Below are positions 28,662 through 38,142 of a stretch of 64,000 bases of DNA, one piece after another. The DNA comes from an uncultured Dialister sp. (GTDB lineage: Bacteria > Bacillota > Negativicutes > Veillonellales > Dialisteraceae), in the NCBI GenBank assembly GCA_902462205.1, contig CABQAR010000003.1, positions 9,982 to 73,981 of the forward strand. Direction: 5' to 3'. The notes beneath the pieces are model-generated. The model did not search any database. It saw only the letters and a list, made by a program, of their open reading frames with translations, and was not told the DNA's origin. The position numbers were made by a program, and so were the translations under genes. Each line of letters starts with the position of its first letter. Position 1 is the stretch's first letter.

Positions 28662-29435
28662 ATGACGGATATCAAAGAAATATTGCAGAAGGTGCGGGAC
28701 GGGGAAATGGAAATAGAGGCGGCGGAAGAATATTTCCGCGCCAATCCTGCCAACCGCCCCTATGAAGAGCTTGGCTATGCGAAGCTGGATACGGACAGGA
28801 AAAAACGTTCCGGCTTTGCGGAAGTGGTCTACTGCCAGGGAAAATCGGATGCGTTCCTTCCGGGAGTGTTCAGGAAGCTGTACGAGGTGGAAGGAGAGGT
28901 TTTCGGGACGAGGGCGTCTCCTCATCAGTACGAGCTGGTGAAGGAGGTCATTCCCGATATTTCCTACGACCCCGTTTCCCGTGTGCTGAAGCTGGAGAAG
29001 CCGGGGAAGGAGCATATCGGATGCGTGGCCGTCTGTACCGGCGGCACGGCGGATATTTCCGTGGCGGAGGAAGCGGCGCAGACCGCGGAATATTTCGGCA
29101 CCCATGTGGAACGGATCTATGATGTGGGCGTCAGCGGCATCCATCGGATCCTGTCCAAGGAAACGATGATCAGGGACGCCAACTGCGTGATCGCCGTGGC
29201 AGGCATGGAAGGGGCGCTGGCCTCCGTCATCGGCGGACTGGTCGGAAATCCTGTCATCGCGGTGCCGACTTCCGTGGGTTATGGGGCAAGCTTCCACGGA
29301 CTGTCCGCGCTTCTGACGATGATCAATTCCTGTGCGAATGGAATCGTGACGGTCAATATAGATAACGGCTTCGGCGCCGGATATGTGGCGACACAGATCA
29401 ACCGGCTGGCGGAAAGAGGGAAAATCAATGGATAA
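28662..29435 (+). CDS. larB: Nickel-pincer cofactor carboxylase LarB
   Basis: 'GTADISVAEEA', 'DVGVSGIHR', 'AGMEGAL', 'PTSVGYGA', 'NSCANG..VNIDNGFGA'. Confidence 0.94.
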   Translation: MTDIKEILQKVRDGEMEIEAAEEYFRANPANRPYEELGYAKLDTDRKKRSGFAEVVYCQGKSDAFLPGVFRKLYEVEGEVFGTRASPHQYELVKEVIPDISYDPVSRVLKLEKPGKEHIGCVAVCTGGTADISVAEEAAQTAEYFGTHVERIYDVGVSGIHRILSKETMIRDANCVIAVAGMEGALASVIGGLVGNPVIAVPTSVGYGASFHGLSALLTMINSCANGIVTVNIDNGFGAGYVATQINRLAERGKING

Positions 29436-30780
29436 AAAAATATATCTGGACTGCGGTTCGGGAATCAGCGGCGACATGTTCGTCGCAGCCATGCTTGATC
29501 TGGGCGCGGACAGGGAGGCGCTGCAGAAAGCCCTCCGTTCCATTCCTGACAAGGGGTTCCGGACGGAAATCACAAGGGTGAAGAAATCGGGCATCGACTG
29601 CTGTGATTTCAACGTCATCCTCGATGAAGAGCATGAAAACCATGACCATGACATGGAGTATCTGTATGGCCCGTCACCGGCGGCGCATGTTCATGGGGAA
29701 AATACGGAAGGCCATCCTCATTGCCACGATGGAGAGCATGGACATGACGGACACCACTGCCATTGCCATGGAAACGGGGAAGGACACGGTCATGAATCCC
29801 ATCACGGACATCATGCTCATCGGGGTTTGAATGAAATCAACGAAATCATTTCCCGCTGTGACATGACAGAGGGGGCAAGGGAAATTGCTTATCGGATTTT
29901 CCGAATCATCGGGGAGGCGGAAGCAAAGGCGCATGACCTGCCCGTGGAAGAAGTCCATTTCCATGAAGTGGGCGCGCTGGATTCCATCGTGGACGTGGTT
30001 TCTGCCGCCGTGACCTTTGACAGCCTCGGTATCCGGGAAGTCATTGTTCCGAAATTATCGGAAGGGACAGGTTCTGTCCGCTGCCAGCACGGCGTGATGC
30101 CCATTCCCGTGCCTGCGACCGTGAATATCACCGCTGCTTACCATATCCCGCTCCAAATCATGGATGCGGAAGGCGAATACGTTACGCCCACCGGAGCGGC
30201 GATCGTGGCGGCGATCTGCACCGGCCATGCACTGCCCGAAAGCTTCGTCATCCATAAGACCGGGCTCGGTGCAGGAAAGAGAGCCTATACGCAGCGGTCG
30301 AACATCCTCCGTGCTTTTGTGATTGAAGGACAGGAAAACTCCGGCAGGGAAGAAATCGCAAAGCTGGAAACGGATATCGATGACTGCTCGGGAGAAGTGC
30401 TGGGCTACACGATGAAGCGCCTTTTCGAGGCGGGAGCGAAGGATGTGCATTATGCCCCCGTATTCATGAAGAAAAACCGCCCGGCATGGGAACTTTCCGT
30501 CATCTGCAGGAAAGAAGACATGGAAAAGCTGGAACAGGTCATCTTCGAAGAAACGACGACGATCGGCATCCGCGAAATGCCTGTCATGCGTTCGATCCTG
30601 GAACGGAAGGAAAAAGAAGTGGACACGGCATACGGAAAGGCGATGGTGAAAGGCGTGTCCTTGGGCAGCCATGTGAAATGGTATCCCGAGTATGAAACGG
30701 TCAAAACGCTCGCGGAAGAGAAGGGGGTGCCGTTTACGGACGTGTTTGACGCCGTGAAGCAGGCGGCAGGAAAAGAATAA
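29428..30780 (+). CDS. larC: Nickel insertase LarC (full length, His-rich insert)
   Basis: 'SGISGDM', His-rich tract, 'VHFHEVGALDSIVD', 'TPTGAAI', 'MKKNRP', 'ETTTIGIR'. Confidence 0.94.
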   Translation: MDKKIYLDCGSGISGDMFVAAMLDLGADREALQKALRSIPDKGFRTEITRVKKSGIDCCDFNVILDEEHENHDHDMEYLYGPSPAAHVHGENTEGHPHCHDGEHGHDGHHCHCHGNGEGHGHESHHGHHAHRGLNEINEIISRCDMTEGAREIAYRIFRIIGEAEAKAHDLPVEEVHFHEVGALDSIVDVVSAAVTFDSLGIREVIVPKLSEGTGSVRCQHGVMPIPVPATVNITAAYHIPLQIMDAEGEYVTPTGAAIVAAICTGHALPESFVIHKTGLGAGKRAYTQRSNILRAFVIEGQENSGREEIAKLETDIDDCSGEVLGYTMKRLFEAGAKDVHYAPVFMKKNRPAWELSVICRKEDMEKLEQVIFEETTTIGIREMPVMRSILERKEKEVDTAYGKAMVKGVSLGSHVKWYPEYETVKTLAEEKGVPFTDVFDAVKQAAGKE

Positions 30781-30837
30781 AGGATAAATAAAAAACAGCG
30801 GAGGAAATATTTCCATGCCGCTGTTTTTGCTTGTCTG

Positions 30838-31629
30838 TCATTTGAATACGCGCCGTACGAGGATGGTGAGGATGAGGAGCCCTGCGGAAACGAGGGCGGT
30901 CACGCCGCCGGGAGCGGCGCCGATTTCGTAGGAAAGGAAAAATCCGCCGAGGATGCCGGCAAAGCTGTAAGCGAGAGATGCCAGAAACGTGTCACGGAAC
31001 CCTCTTTTCAGCTGGAGCGCGGAAGCGACGGGCAGGGTGATCATGGAACTGATGACAAGGATGCCGACCGAACGGATGGAAACGGCGATGGCGGCGGCGA
31101 CGAGAAAAGCGAAGATATAATTGATGATCCGCACATGGACGCCGGCGATGCGCGCCGCTTCCTCATCATAAGCGATATAAACGAGCTGGTGGTAGAAAAC
31201 GAACAGCGCGGCAGCGGAAGCAAGGCTGAGGAATCCGGTGACGGCCATATCCATGGGGCTGACGGTCAGGATGCTTCCAAATAAATAGGCATCCGCGTTG
31301 GCATGGAGCTTTCCGGAAGAAATCAGTGTCAGCGCGATGCCGACGGAAACAGAAAGGACGATGGAAAGGATCAGGTCCGTGTATTTCCTGAAATATTGGC
31401 GGAGAAACTCAATGGAAACGCCGCCGACTGCGGTGAAAAAGAAAGAAGAAAGCACGGGACTGGCATGGAAAAGCAGGCCGAGCGTGACTCCGGCGAGAGA
31501 AGCGTGGGCCAGCGTGTCGCCGATCATGGAATACCGGCGGAGCACCAGGAAAATCCCGATGCAGGGGCAGAGAATGGCGATGCACACAGAAATGAGCAGC
31601 GCATTCCTCATGAAATCATATGCGAGCAT
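30838..31629 (-). CDS. Zn/Mn ABC transporter permease (ZnuB-like)
   Basis: 'GIFLVLRRYSMIGDTLAHASLAG', 'YLFGSIL'. Confidence 0.9.
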   Translation of the reverse strand: MLAYDFMRNALLISVCIAILCPCIGIFLVLRRYSMIGDTLAHASLAGVTLGLLFHASPVLSSFFFTAVGGVSIEFLRQYFRKYTDLILSIVLSVSVGIALTLISSGKLHANADAYLFGSILTVSPMDMAVTGFLSLASAAALFVFYHQLVYIAYDEEAARIAGVHVRIINYIFAFLVAAAIAVSIRSVGILVISSMITLPVASALQLKRGFRDTFLASLAYSFAGILGGFFLSYEIGAAPGGVTALVSAGLLILTILVRRVFK

Positions 31630-32284
31630 GGCCGCCCTCCTTTTTGATGAATTCCTCAATGTAATGGGATGCCGAGCACAGATGGCCGCGCCCATCGCTG
31701 ATGTGGTAGAGCATGGTGGAATTGCGGACGGCCGCTTCCAGATTATGCTCCACGGAAAGGACGGTGAGCTGCCGTTCCCTGTTCAAGGAAGAAAGCGCAT
31801 CATAAATATCCCGCTGGCTTTCGATATCGACGCCGGTGGAAGGCTCATCCAGAACGAGGAGGTCGGGATCTCCCATGAGCGCACGGGCGATCAGGACCTT
31901 CTGGTGCTGGCCGCCTGACAGATTCCCCATCAGCGAACGGGAAAAACCTTCCATGCCTGTGAAGGACAGGATCTTTTCCACATCCATATGCTTCAGGCGG
32001 AGGAGCTTTCCGTAAGAACGGATGACCTCGCGGACGGTGATCGGAAAATCCTTGTCCGCAAACGCCGCCTGCGGAACGTAACCGATCCGTGACGCTTTAT
32101 TTTCGATGGCGCCGGCCGTGGGCGTGAGGAATCCCAGAATCAGCTTAAGAAGCGTGCTTTTTCCGCTTCCGTTATTTCCCACGATGGAAATATAATCCCC
32201 TCTGGAGATATCCAGACTGATGTGCTCCAGTGTGCAGGACTCGCTTCCCATGTAAGAAAATGAGACATCTTTTATAGAAATCAT
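31616..32284 (-). CDS. Zn/Mn ABC transporter ATPase (ZnuC-like)
   Basis: GNNGSGKS, 'IGYVPQ', LSGGQHQK, 'LDEPSTGVD'. Confidence 0.9.
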   Translation of the reverse strand: MISIKDVSFSYMGSESCTLEHISLDISRGDYISIVGNNGSGKSTLLKLILGFLTPTAGAIENKASRIGYVPQAAFADKDFPITVREVIRSYGKLLRLKHMDVEKILSFTGMEGFSRSLMGNLSGGQHQKVLIARALMGDPDLLVLDEPSTGVDIESQRDIYDALSSLNRERQLTVLSVEHNLEAAVRNSTMLYHISDGRGHLCSASHYIEEFIKKEGGHARI

Positions 32285-32380
32285 AACAATTCCTTTTTGA
32301 ATGACCCGTCATAAATAAAAACATACCCTATTTTTATGGTAGCAAAAACTGTCAAATTTGACTTATATGATACTATAAAA

Positions 32381-32394
32381 ATGATTATAATCAT
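32381..32394. promoter_or_regulatory. Perfect AT-rich palindrome, candidate Fur/Zur-family operator
   Basis: ATGATTATAATCAT between the divergent znuC-like and znuA-like genes. Confidence 0.5.
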
Positions 32395-32441
32395 AATCTT
32401 ATTTCAATTTAATTGTTACTTAATTGTAAAAGGAGGCTCAT

Positions 32442-33359
32442 ATGAATACATTTAAAAAGTGTGCATGTGTTTTAGGGGCTGTCGCCGTCATGTTTACTGC
32501 CGGATGCGGCGGAGAAAAGAAAGCGGCTGCGGAACCGGCAGGGAAAATTCCCGTGGCGGTATCGTTCAATGCGATGAAAGAACTGACGGAAACGGTCGGC
32601 GGAGATAAAGTGGCCGTGACCACTCTCGTGCCGGAAGGGACAGAACCGCATGAATTCGATCCGAAAGCGGATGACCTCATCCGGCTGAAAGAGGCGAAAG
32701 TCTTCGTCTACAACGGGCTTGGCATGGAAAGATGGGCGGATAAGTCAGTGAAAGCATCAGGGGCAGATAAGCTGATCGTAGTGGAAGCGGCTAAAAAAGT
32801 AGACCCGATCGTGATTACTGATGAAGAAGAACGGGAAGAACACGGAGACCATGATCCCCATGCATGGCTCGGTATCAAGGAGGCCGTGCAGGAAGCGGAA
32901 GCCATCCGTGACGGACTCGTGGAAGCCTCTCCGGAAAATAAGGAATATTTCAATAAAAACTATGAAGCATTTGCAAAGGACATGAAGGCGCTGCAGGAAA
33001 AATATGCGGCTGAATTCGCCAAATCAGAACGCAAGGAATTCGTCACAGGCCACGCTGCTTTCGGCTACCTCTGCCGTAACTTCGGCCTGAGCCAGGAAAG
33101 CGTGGAAGACGTCTTTGCCAGCGGCGAACCGTCTGCCAAGAAAATGCATGAACTGATTGAATTCTGCAAAGAGCATAAGGTGAAGACGATCTTCACGGAA
33201 GACATGGTCAGCCCGGCACTCTCTGAAACACTGGCGAAGGAAGCGGGTGCCTCCACAGAAGTCATTGATACGCTGGAGGGGCCGAGCGAAGAAAAGGGGA
33301 TGACCTATCTCAAACGCATGGAAGCCAATCTGAAAAAGATTGAAGCCAGCCTGAAATAA
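32442..33359 (+). CDS. Zn/Mn ABC substrate-binding lipoprotein (ZnuA/AdcA-like)
   Basis: Lipobox TAG-C; 'EPHEFDP', 'HGDHDPHAW', 'GHAAFGY'. Confidence 0.92.
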   Translation: MNTFKKCACVLGAVAVMFTAGCGGEKKAAAEPAGKIPVAVSFNAMKELTETVGGDKVAVTTLVPEGTEPHEFDPKADDLIRLKEAKVFVYNGLGMERWADKSVKASGADKLIVVEAAKKVDPIVITDEEEREEHGDHDPHAWLGIKEAVQEAEAIRDGLVEASPENKEYFNKNYEAFAKDMKALQEKYAAEFAKSERKEFVTGHAAFGYLCRNFGLSQESVEDVFASGEPSAKKMHELIEFCKEHKVKTIFTEDMVSPALSETLAKEAGASTEVIDTLEGPSEEKGMTYLKRMEANLKKIEASLK

Positions 33360-33563
33360 TTCCCTTATATATAAAGGTATAATAAAATACGCGGTTCTTT
33401 ATCCGGGAGCCGCGTATTTTATATTTCCTGCAACAGAGCCTTTTTCAGAGTCCTGTTCAGGATAAACGCAGGGAGATGGATAGACTTTTTGACTTTTAAG
33501 CAGAATAATATATAAATATATAGCTATATTTATGGATAATAAAATAAAAAGTCAAAAAATATA

Positions 33564-33590
33564 TTAGCACTCTATTGACATGAGTGCTAA
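33564..33590 (+). promoter_or_regulatory. CIRCE element (HrcA operator) overlapping a sigma-A promoter
   Basis: Exact TTAGCACTC-N9-GAGTGCTAA; TTGACA lies in the spacer and TG-N-TATAAT at 33594-33602. Confidence 0.95.
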
Positions 33591-33673
33591 AGATGATATA
33601 ATACAGATGTCAGGAGGAAAAGAAAGCTCCTGACATACACAAATGATTAAAACAAAGAAAAGAGGTCTTAGAT

Positions 33674-34099
33674 ATGCGTGGTTTACTTCCATTCGACAGC
33701 TTTTTCGGTGACAGTGCATTGGATCATTTCTTTGATGATGTTCCGACACTGTATAAGGATTATGTATCCATTCCCAAGGTAGATATCGAAGACAAGAACG
33801 ATACCTATGAAATTACCTGCGATATGCCGGGCTTCACGAAGGAGCAGATCCATGTTTCCTACGAAAACGGCATCCTGTCCCTGCATGCGCAGAAGGAAGA
33901 ACAGAAAGAAACGAAGGATGATGATCGTCATTTCATCCGCCGTGAACGTTCCAGCTCCTCCTTCCACCGCCAGTTCTCCGTCAAAGGAATCAAAGAAGAC
34001 GGAATCAAGGCAGCGCTGAAGGATGGCATTCTCACGATTACCCTGCCGAAACTGCAGCAGGAAATCGAAAAAGCACCGCATCGCATCCAGATCGACTGA
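33674..34099 (+). CDS. Hsp20/alpha-crystallin small heat-shock protein
   Basis: 'PKVDIED', 'DMPGFTKEQI', 'FIRRER', 'DGILTITLPK'. Confidence 0.95.
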   Translation: MRGLLPFDSFFGDSALDHFFDDVPTLYKDYVSIPKVDIEDKNDTYEITCDMPGFTKEQIHVSYENGILSLHAQKEEQKETKDDDRHFIRRERSSSSFHRQFSVKGIKEDGIKAALKDGILTITLPKLQQEIEKAPHRIQID

Positions 34100-34143
34100 A
34101 TACGAAATCCGGAGCGATTCAGAAATAATGAAAATTTCCTAAA

Positions 34144-34253
34144 GAACCGCAAGGTTCAAAAAAACACTCCCTCTTCCGGCGGTATCACAAAACCCCTGAT
34201 ACCGCCTCCCCTAAGACAGGCTATGACACACCCTATGGTCATGGCCTGTTTTT
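34144..34253 (+). ncRNA. Candidate structured 3'UTR/sRNA with C-rich loops, ending in a terminator
   Basis: Three hairpins (GAACC-GCAA-GGTTC; GGCGGTATCA/TGATACCGCC; GACAGGCTATGAC/GTCATGGCCTGTT plus T run) with CCC-rich loops and linkers. Confidence 0.45.
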
Positions 34254-34430
34254 ATGTGCAACACACAGGGATATCCTTTTAAATTGTTTTCAATGAGAAA
34301 AGAAAAATCGAACTAAGTCCTGCAAAATAGAAAGCAGGATAAGGAATAGGGGAACAGAGTGTTTTTATGGAAACAGGTGGACGGTTAAAATAATAGGTGA
34401 AGAACAGGCAGAGGGGCAGAAATAATTTTA

Positions 34431-34484
34431 TTGTAAACCTATAAATATATCGTGATTGACAGAATAGATTGTTTCTTTTATACT
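34431..34484 (+). promoter_or_regulatory. BirA-type operator overlapping the bioB promoter
   Basis: TTGTAAACC-N14-GATTGACAG resembles the BirA box; TTGACA (34456-61), 17 bp, TATACT (34479-84). Confidence 0.75.
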
Positions 34485-34530
34485 TAAGCACAAGGTGACA
34501 ATTTCGAATCTGTTTAAAAGGGGAGATATT

Positions 34531-35529
34531 ATGGAAAGCTCTTGTCAGGAAATCATTACACTGGCGGAAAAAGTCATGGATGGCGGAGAAATTACGGAAG
34601 AAGAAGCGAAACGCCTAATCCGTACGAAAGATGAAGACACCATGCTGCTTTTGGCCATGGCAGATAAAATCCGTCAGAAATTCGGAGGCAACGCGGTGGA
34701 CTTCTGCGCCATCATCAACGCGCGAAGCGGCCATTGCCAGGAGAATTGCAAGTTCTGCGCCCAGTCCGGATGGTACAACACCGGCGCCAATGTATACCGC
34801 CTGCTGCCGGAGGAGGAAATTCTGGAAGCGGCAAAGAAAGCCAAAGAAGCCGGCGCCGTCCGTTTCTCACTCGTTACGAGCGGACGCAACCAGGACAATC
34901 CGAATGAATTTGAAGAAATCATCGCCATTGTGAAACGGATCCGCGAAGAAGTAGGCATCGAAGTCTGCTGCTCACTGGGACTGATTTCCGCAGAGCAGGC
35001 AAAACGTCTGAAAGACGCAGGCATCACCAGAATCCATTGCAATATAGAAACATCCCCGTCCTATTTCCCTGAAATCTGCACGACCCATACCATGGAAGAT
35101 AAGGAAGACATCATCCATACGGCGCAGCAGGCAGGCATCCGAGTCTGCTCCGGCGGCATCATCGGCCTCGGCGAATCCCTGGACCAGCGTGTGGAAATGG
35201 CATTCAAGCTCAAGGAAATGCATATCGATTCCGTACCGCTGAACATCCTGAATCCGGTCAAAGGAACGCCGTTCTACACCAATGAACGTCTTGCACCGCT
35301 GGAAGTATTAAGGACCTTCGCCATGTTCCGCTTCGTCCTGCCCAAGGCACTGATCCGTACCGCAGGCGGGCGTGAAGTCAACCTGAGAAGCCTCCAGGCC
35401 TATGCGCTGACCGGCGGCCTGAACGGAATCATGGTAGGAGGCTACCTCACCACCGGCGGCCGCGACCCGAAAGAAGATTTAATCATGACAGCTGATCTGG
35501 GAAGAAGCAGAACGACTCCGCAGTTATAA
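34531..35529 (+). CDS. bioB: Biotin synthase
   Basis: Radical SAM 'CQENCKFCAQS', 'CCSLG', 'CSGGIIGLGE', 'SVPLN', 'AGGRE', 'GYLTT.G'. Confidence 0.95.
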   Translation: MESSCQEIITLAEKVMDGGEITEEEAKRLIRTKDEDTMLLLAMADKIRQKFGGNAVDFCAIINARSGHCQENCKFCAQSGWYNTGANVYRLLPEEEILEAAKKAKEAGAVRFSLVTSGRNQDNPNEFEEIIAIVKRIREEVGIEVCCSLGLISAEQAKRLKDAGITRIHCNIETSPSYFPEICTTHTMEDKEDIIHTAQQAGIRVCSGGIIGLGESLDQRVEMAFKLKEMHIDSVPLNILNPVKGTPFYTNERLAPLEVLRTFAMFRFVLPKALIRTAGGREVNLRSLQAYALTGGLNGIMVGGYLTTGGRDPKEDLIMTADLGRSRTTPQL

Positions 35530-35551
35530 TCAGAATAATAGAAATATAATG

Positions 35552-35582
35552 AAAGCACTCTGTGATGGCAGGGTGCTTTTTT
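35552..35582 (+). terminator. Intrinsic terminator after bioB
   Basis: AAAGCACTCTG/CAGGGTGCTTT stem followed by a T run. Confidence 0.75.
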
Positions 35583-35918
35583 GCGTGCATGATGTGGTGC
35601 AGTCTATCAAGTTAAAAAATGATGTGGTAAACTATAAATCTTTAATAAAAGCATATGCTGTTTTGCTGGGGTGTGCAATAAAATCTATGTGATATATTCA
35701 TTTATTTTTGAATATAAAATAAATTTCAACATTACTAAAATATAATTTATTGTACATTTACTTAGATTTATATTAATATATATGATGTAAAAATAAAAAT
35801 AATATAATTATTATGATTGTAATTGCTGAGGTGATATTTATTTAAGCATAGAGTAAAGAAGTTAAATGATTAAAAATTATTTTAAATATTTTAATTAATC
35901 AGAGAGAGGTATATTTCA

Positions 35919-38075
35919 ATGCAGAAAAAAATTTTAGCCGCATCGATTTTGGGATTAATGGGGACTTTACTTGCAGGGTATCATGTCTCGGCTGATACGA
36001 CCTATACCTTAGGGGAGGTTGTTGTCATTGGAGATCGGAATAAAGCAAGGGATGTACTTCCCGGAGAATTTGTATATACCCGGTCACAAACAGGTTTTCT
36101 TGCAGGGAAGGATACCATGGATGTACCGTTTTCCCAGATGCATTTTACAGAGAAATCAATGGATACATTCACAGGGCCTGATAAGCCTATGGATGCGCTT
36201 CTGGCCAACTCACCTTCTGTGCGCCAGTCAGGATCCATACTCCACGGGGACTTTTTCTTCAGAGGATTCCGAACCAATGGAACAAACTTTTATGTAAATA
36301 ATATACCCGGCGTGTTTACACAGTTTAATACGCCACTATATCCTATTGAATCGTTAGAGCTTATTTCCGGACCGAATGTCGGGATCTATGGAACCGGTGT
36401 ACAGTATGAAACCACTAATCCTGGCGGAATTGTCAGCGTGAAGTCCAAAGTGGCGCCGGATCAGGGAGTCTTTGATTATACACAGACGGTTTCCGGGCGC
36501 GGACTTTTTGGGGAATATATTGATTGGGGAAAACGTTTTGGGGATGACAAAAAGTGGGGCGTACGCATCACTACTGAAAATCTTAACGGTAGAACATCTG
36601 TAAAGGGAACCAAAATCAATGGGCAGGGGATTTTTGCGAACATTGACCGTACCACGGAAGCGTCGAAAGATAATTTATTCATCGGCTACCGGAATCTGGA
36701 TATCCAGGGCGGTCTCCGGTGGTTTATTCTTGATGGCGGTATTACAAAGCTTCCGAAGGTTCCAAGTGGTAAAAATGACTATAGTTTCGATGGGATGATC
36801 AAGGCAACTCATGGATGGCTCATGACCTATAATCACGAACAGAAGTTTAATGACCATTGGGACGGATTCTTTAATTTTGGCATGCAGCGCAATAATCTGG
36901 ATAAAAATGTCATGGCCAATGGGGGAAGCGGATATGTCCTTAAAAATGATGGTACTTTAGTAGTGACTGCAAGACCGGGGGCTACTCCGCAGGAATATTA
37001 CTATTGGCAGGCAGGAACGACAGCCCATTATAATACCGGTGCGGTTAAACACGACATCACTCTTTCATATAACCAGGCATGGAGAAATCGCAAGAGCGCC
37101 TATAATAACGGAGCGTTGGTTACGATTGGAACAGGGGATTTATATACAGGAATTCATCAGACGCTTCCTGCTCCGACGAAGTTTGATACACGGTGGAATA
37201 ATAAGACGAGGGTAAAAAGCCTGTCCCTTGTGGATTATATGACCTATGACAAATGGAATTTTGTCCTTGGCGTACATAAACATGAAGCGGTATCCAGTTC
37301 TTATAAGTGGAAGAAAGATAATTCTCTTGATTACATAGACAAGATTAAAACGGATGATACCAGTCCTACTTACGGGATCATTTATCACCCGAATGAAAAT
37401 ATGTCCATTTATGCCAGCCATTCTGAAAATTTTGATGCGGGTACAGGGGTCAATACGACCTTTGAAAATTTCGGAGATATATTACCGCCGCTTAAAACCA
37501 AACAGAATGAAATCGGGTTTAAATATAAAAAGGATGAGCTTCTCTATACTTTGTCCTACTATGATATCCGTCAGGATAACCTGATTAGCGTGTATAAAAC
37601 GGGTTTCAGCAAGCCATTCCAATCCAAGGATGGAGAGGCGCGCCACAAAGGGGTGGAGCTCTCTGTGAATGGAAGGCTCGCGGATAAATGGAATATCATC
37701 GGCGGTGTGTCTCATATGGATGCTAAACAGGAAAAGACCACGAAAGGGACTCTGGATGGCATCCGTGTGAACGGAACCTCTGAATGGACCGCTGTGCTTG
37801 GGCTGGAATATAATCCGAATGAAAAATGGAGTGTACTTGGGCGTGCGATTTATACAGGGAAGTCTCCGGTCATGAATGAGAAAATTTGGGCGCCGGGGTA
37901 TATGGTTTTTGATCTTGGCGTGACGCATAAAACACAGATCGGCCGGATCCCTACGGAGCTGTCATTAATGTGTAACAACGTGCTGGATAAGGATTACTGG
38001 GAAGTGTCACGTGGCAATCAGGTATATTTGTCTTTACCGCGGACCTTTACGTTCACCGCCAAGCTTCATTTTTGA
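35919..38075 (+). CDS. TonB-dependent outer-membrane receptor
   Basis: Signal peptide, TonB-box-like 'LGEVVVIG', plug 'FFFRGF...NN.PG', 'ELISGP', C-terminal 'PRTFTFTAKLHF'. Confidence 0.9.
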   Translation: MQKKILAASILGLMGTLLAGYHVSADTTYTLGEVVVIGDRNKARDVLPGEFVYTRSQTGFLAGKDTMDVPFSQMHFTEKSMDTFTGPDKPMDALLANSPSVRQSGSILHGDFFFRGFRTNGTNFYVNNIPGVFTQFNTPLYPIESLELISGPNVGIYGTGVQYETTNPGGIVSVKSKVAPDQGVFDYTQTVSGRGLFGEYIDWGKRFGDDKKWGVRITTENLNGRTSVKGTKINGQGIFANIDRTTEASKDNLFIGYRNLDIQGGLRWFILDGGITKLPKVPSGKNDYSFDGMIKATHGWLMTYNHEQKFNDHWDGFFNFGMQRNNLDKNVMANGGSGYVLKNDGTLVVTARPGATPQEYYYWQAGTTAHYNTGAVKHDITLSYNQAWRNRKSAYNNGALVTIGTGDLYTGIHQTLPAPTKFDTRWNNKTRVKSLSLVDYMTYDKWNFVLGVHKHEAVSSSYKWKKDNSLDYIDKIKTDDTSPTYGIIYHPNENMSIYASHSENFDAGTGVNTTFENFGDILPPLKTKQNEIGFKYKKDELLYTLSYYDIRQDNLISVYKTGFSKPFQSKDGEARHKGVELSVNGRLADKWNIIGGVSHMDAKQEKTTKGTLDGIRVNGTSEWTAVLGLEYNPNEKWSVLGRAIYTGKSPVMNEKIWAPGYMVFDLGVTHKTQIGRIPTELSLMCNNVLDKDYWEVSRGNQVYLSLPRTFTFTAKLHF

Positions 38076-38142
38076 TGACTAGGTTATGTGTGGAAAGGGC
38101 AACCTTTATAGGGGGCCCTTTCCTGCTATCTATGGGGGAAGC

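Noticed and set aside
29428..30780. Programmed frameshift in larC
   Set aside because: The LarC1- and LarC2-like regions lie in one continuous reading frame.
33480..33557. CtsR box upstream of hsp20
   Set aside because: TTTGACT and AGTCAAA heptads exist, but as a widely spaced inverted pair rather than direct repeats with 3-nt spacing.
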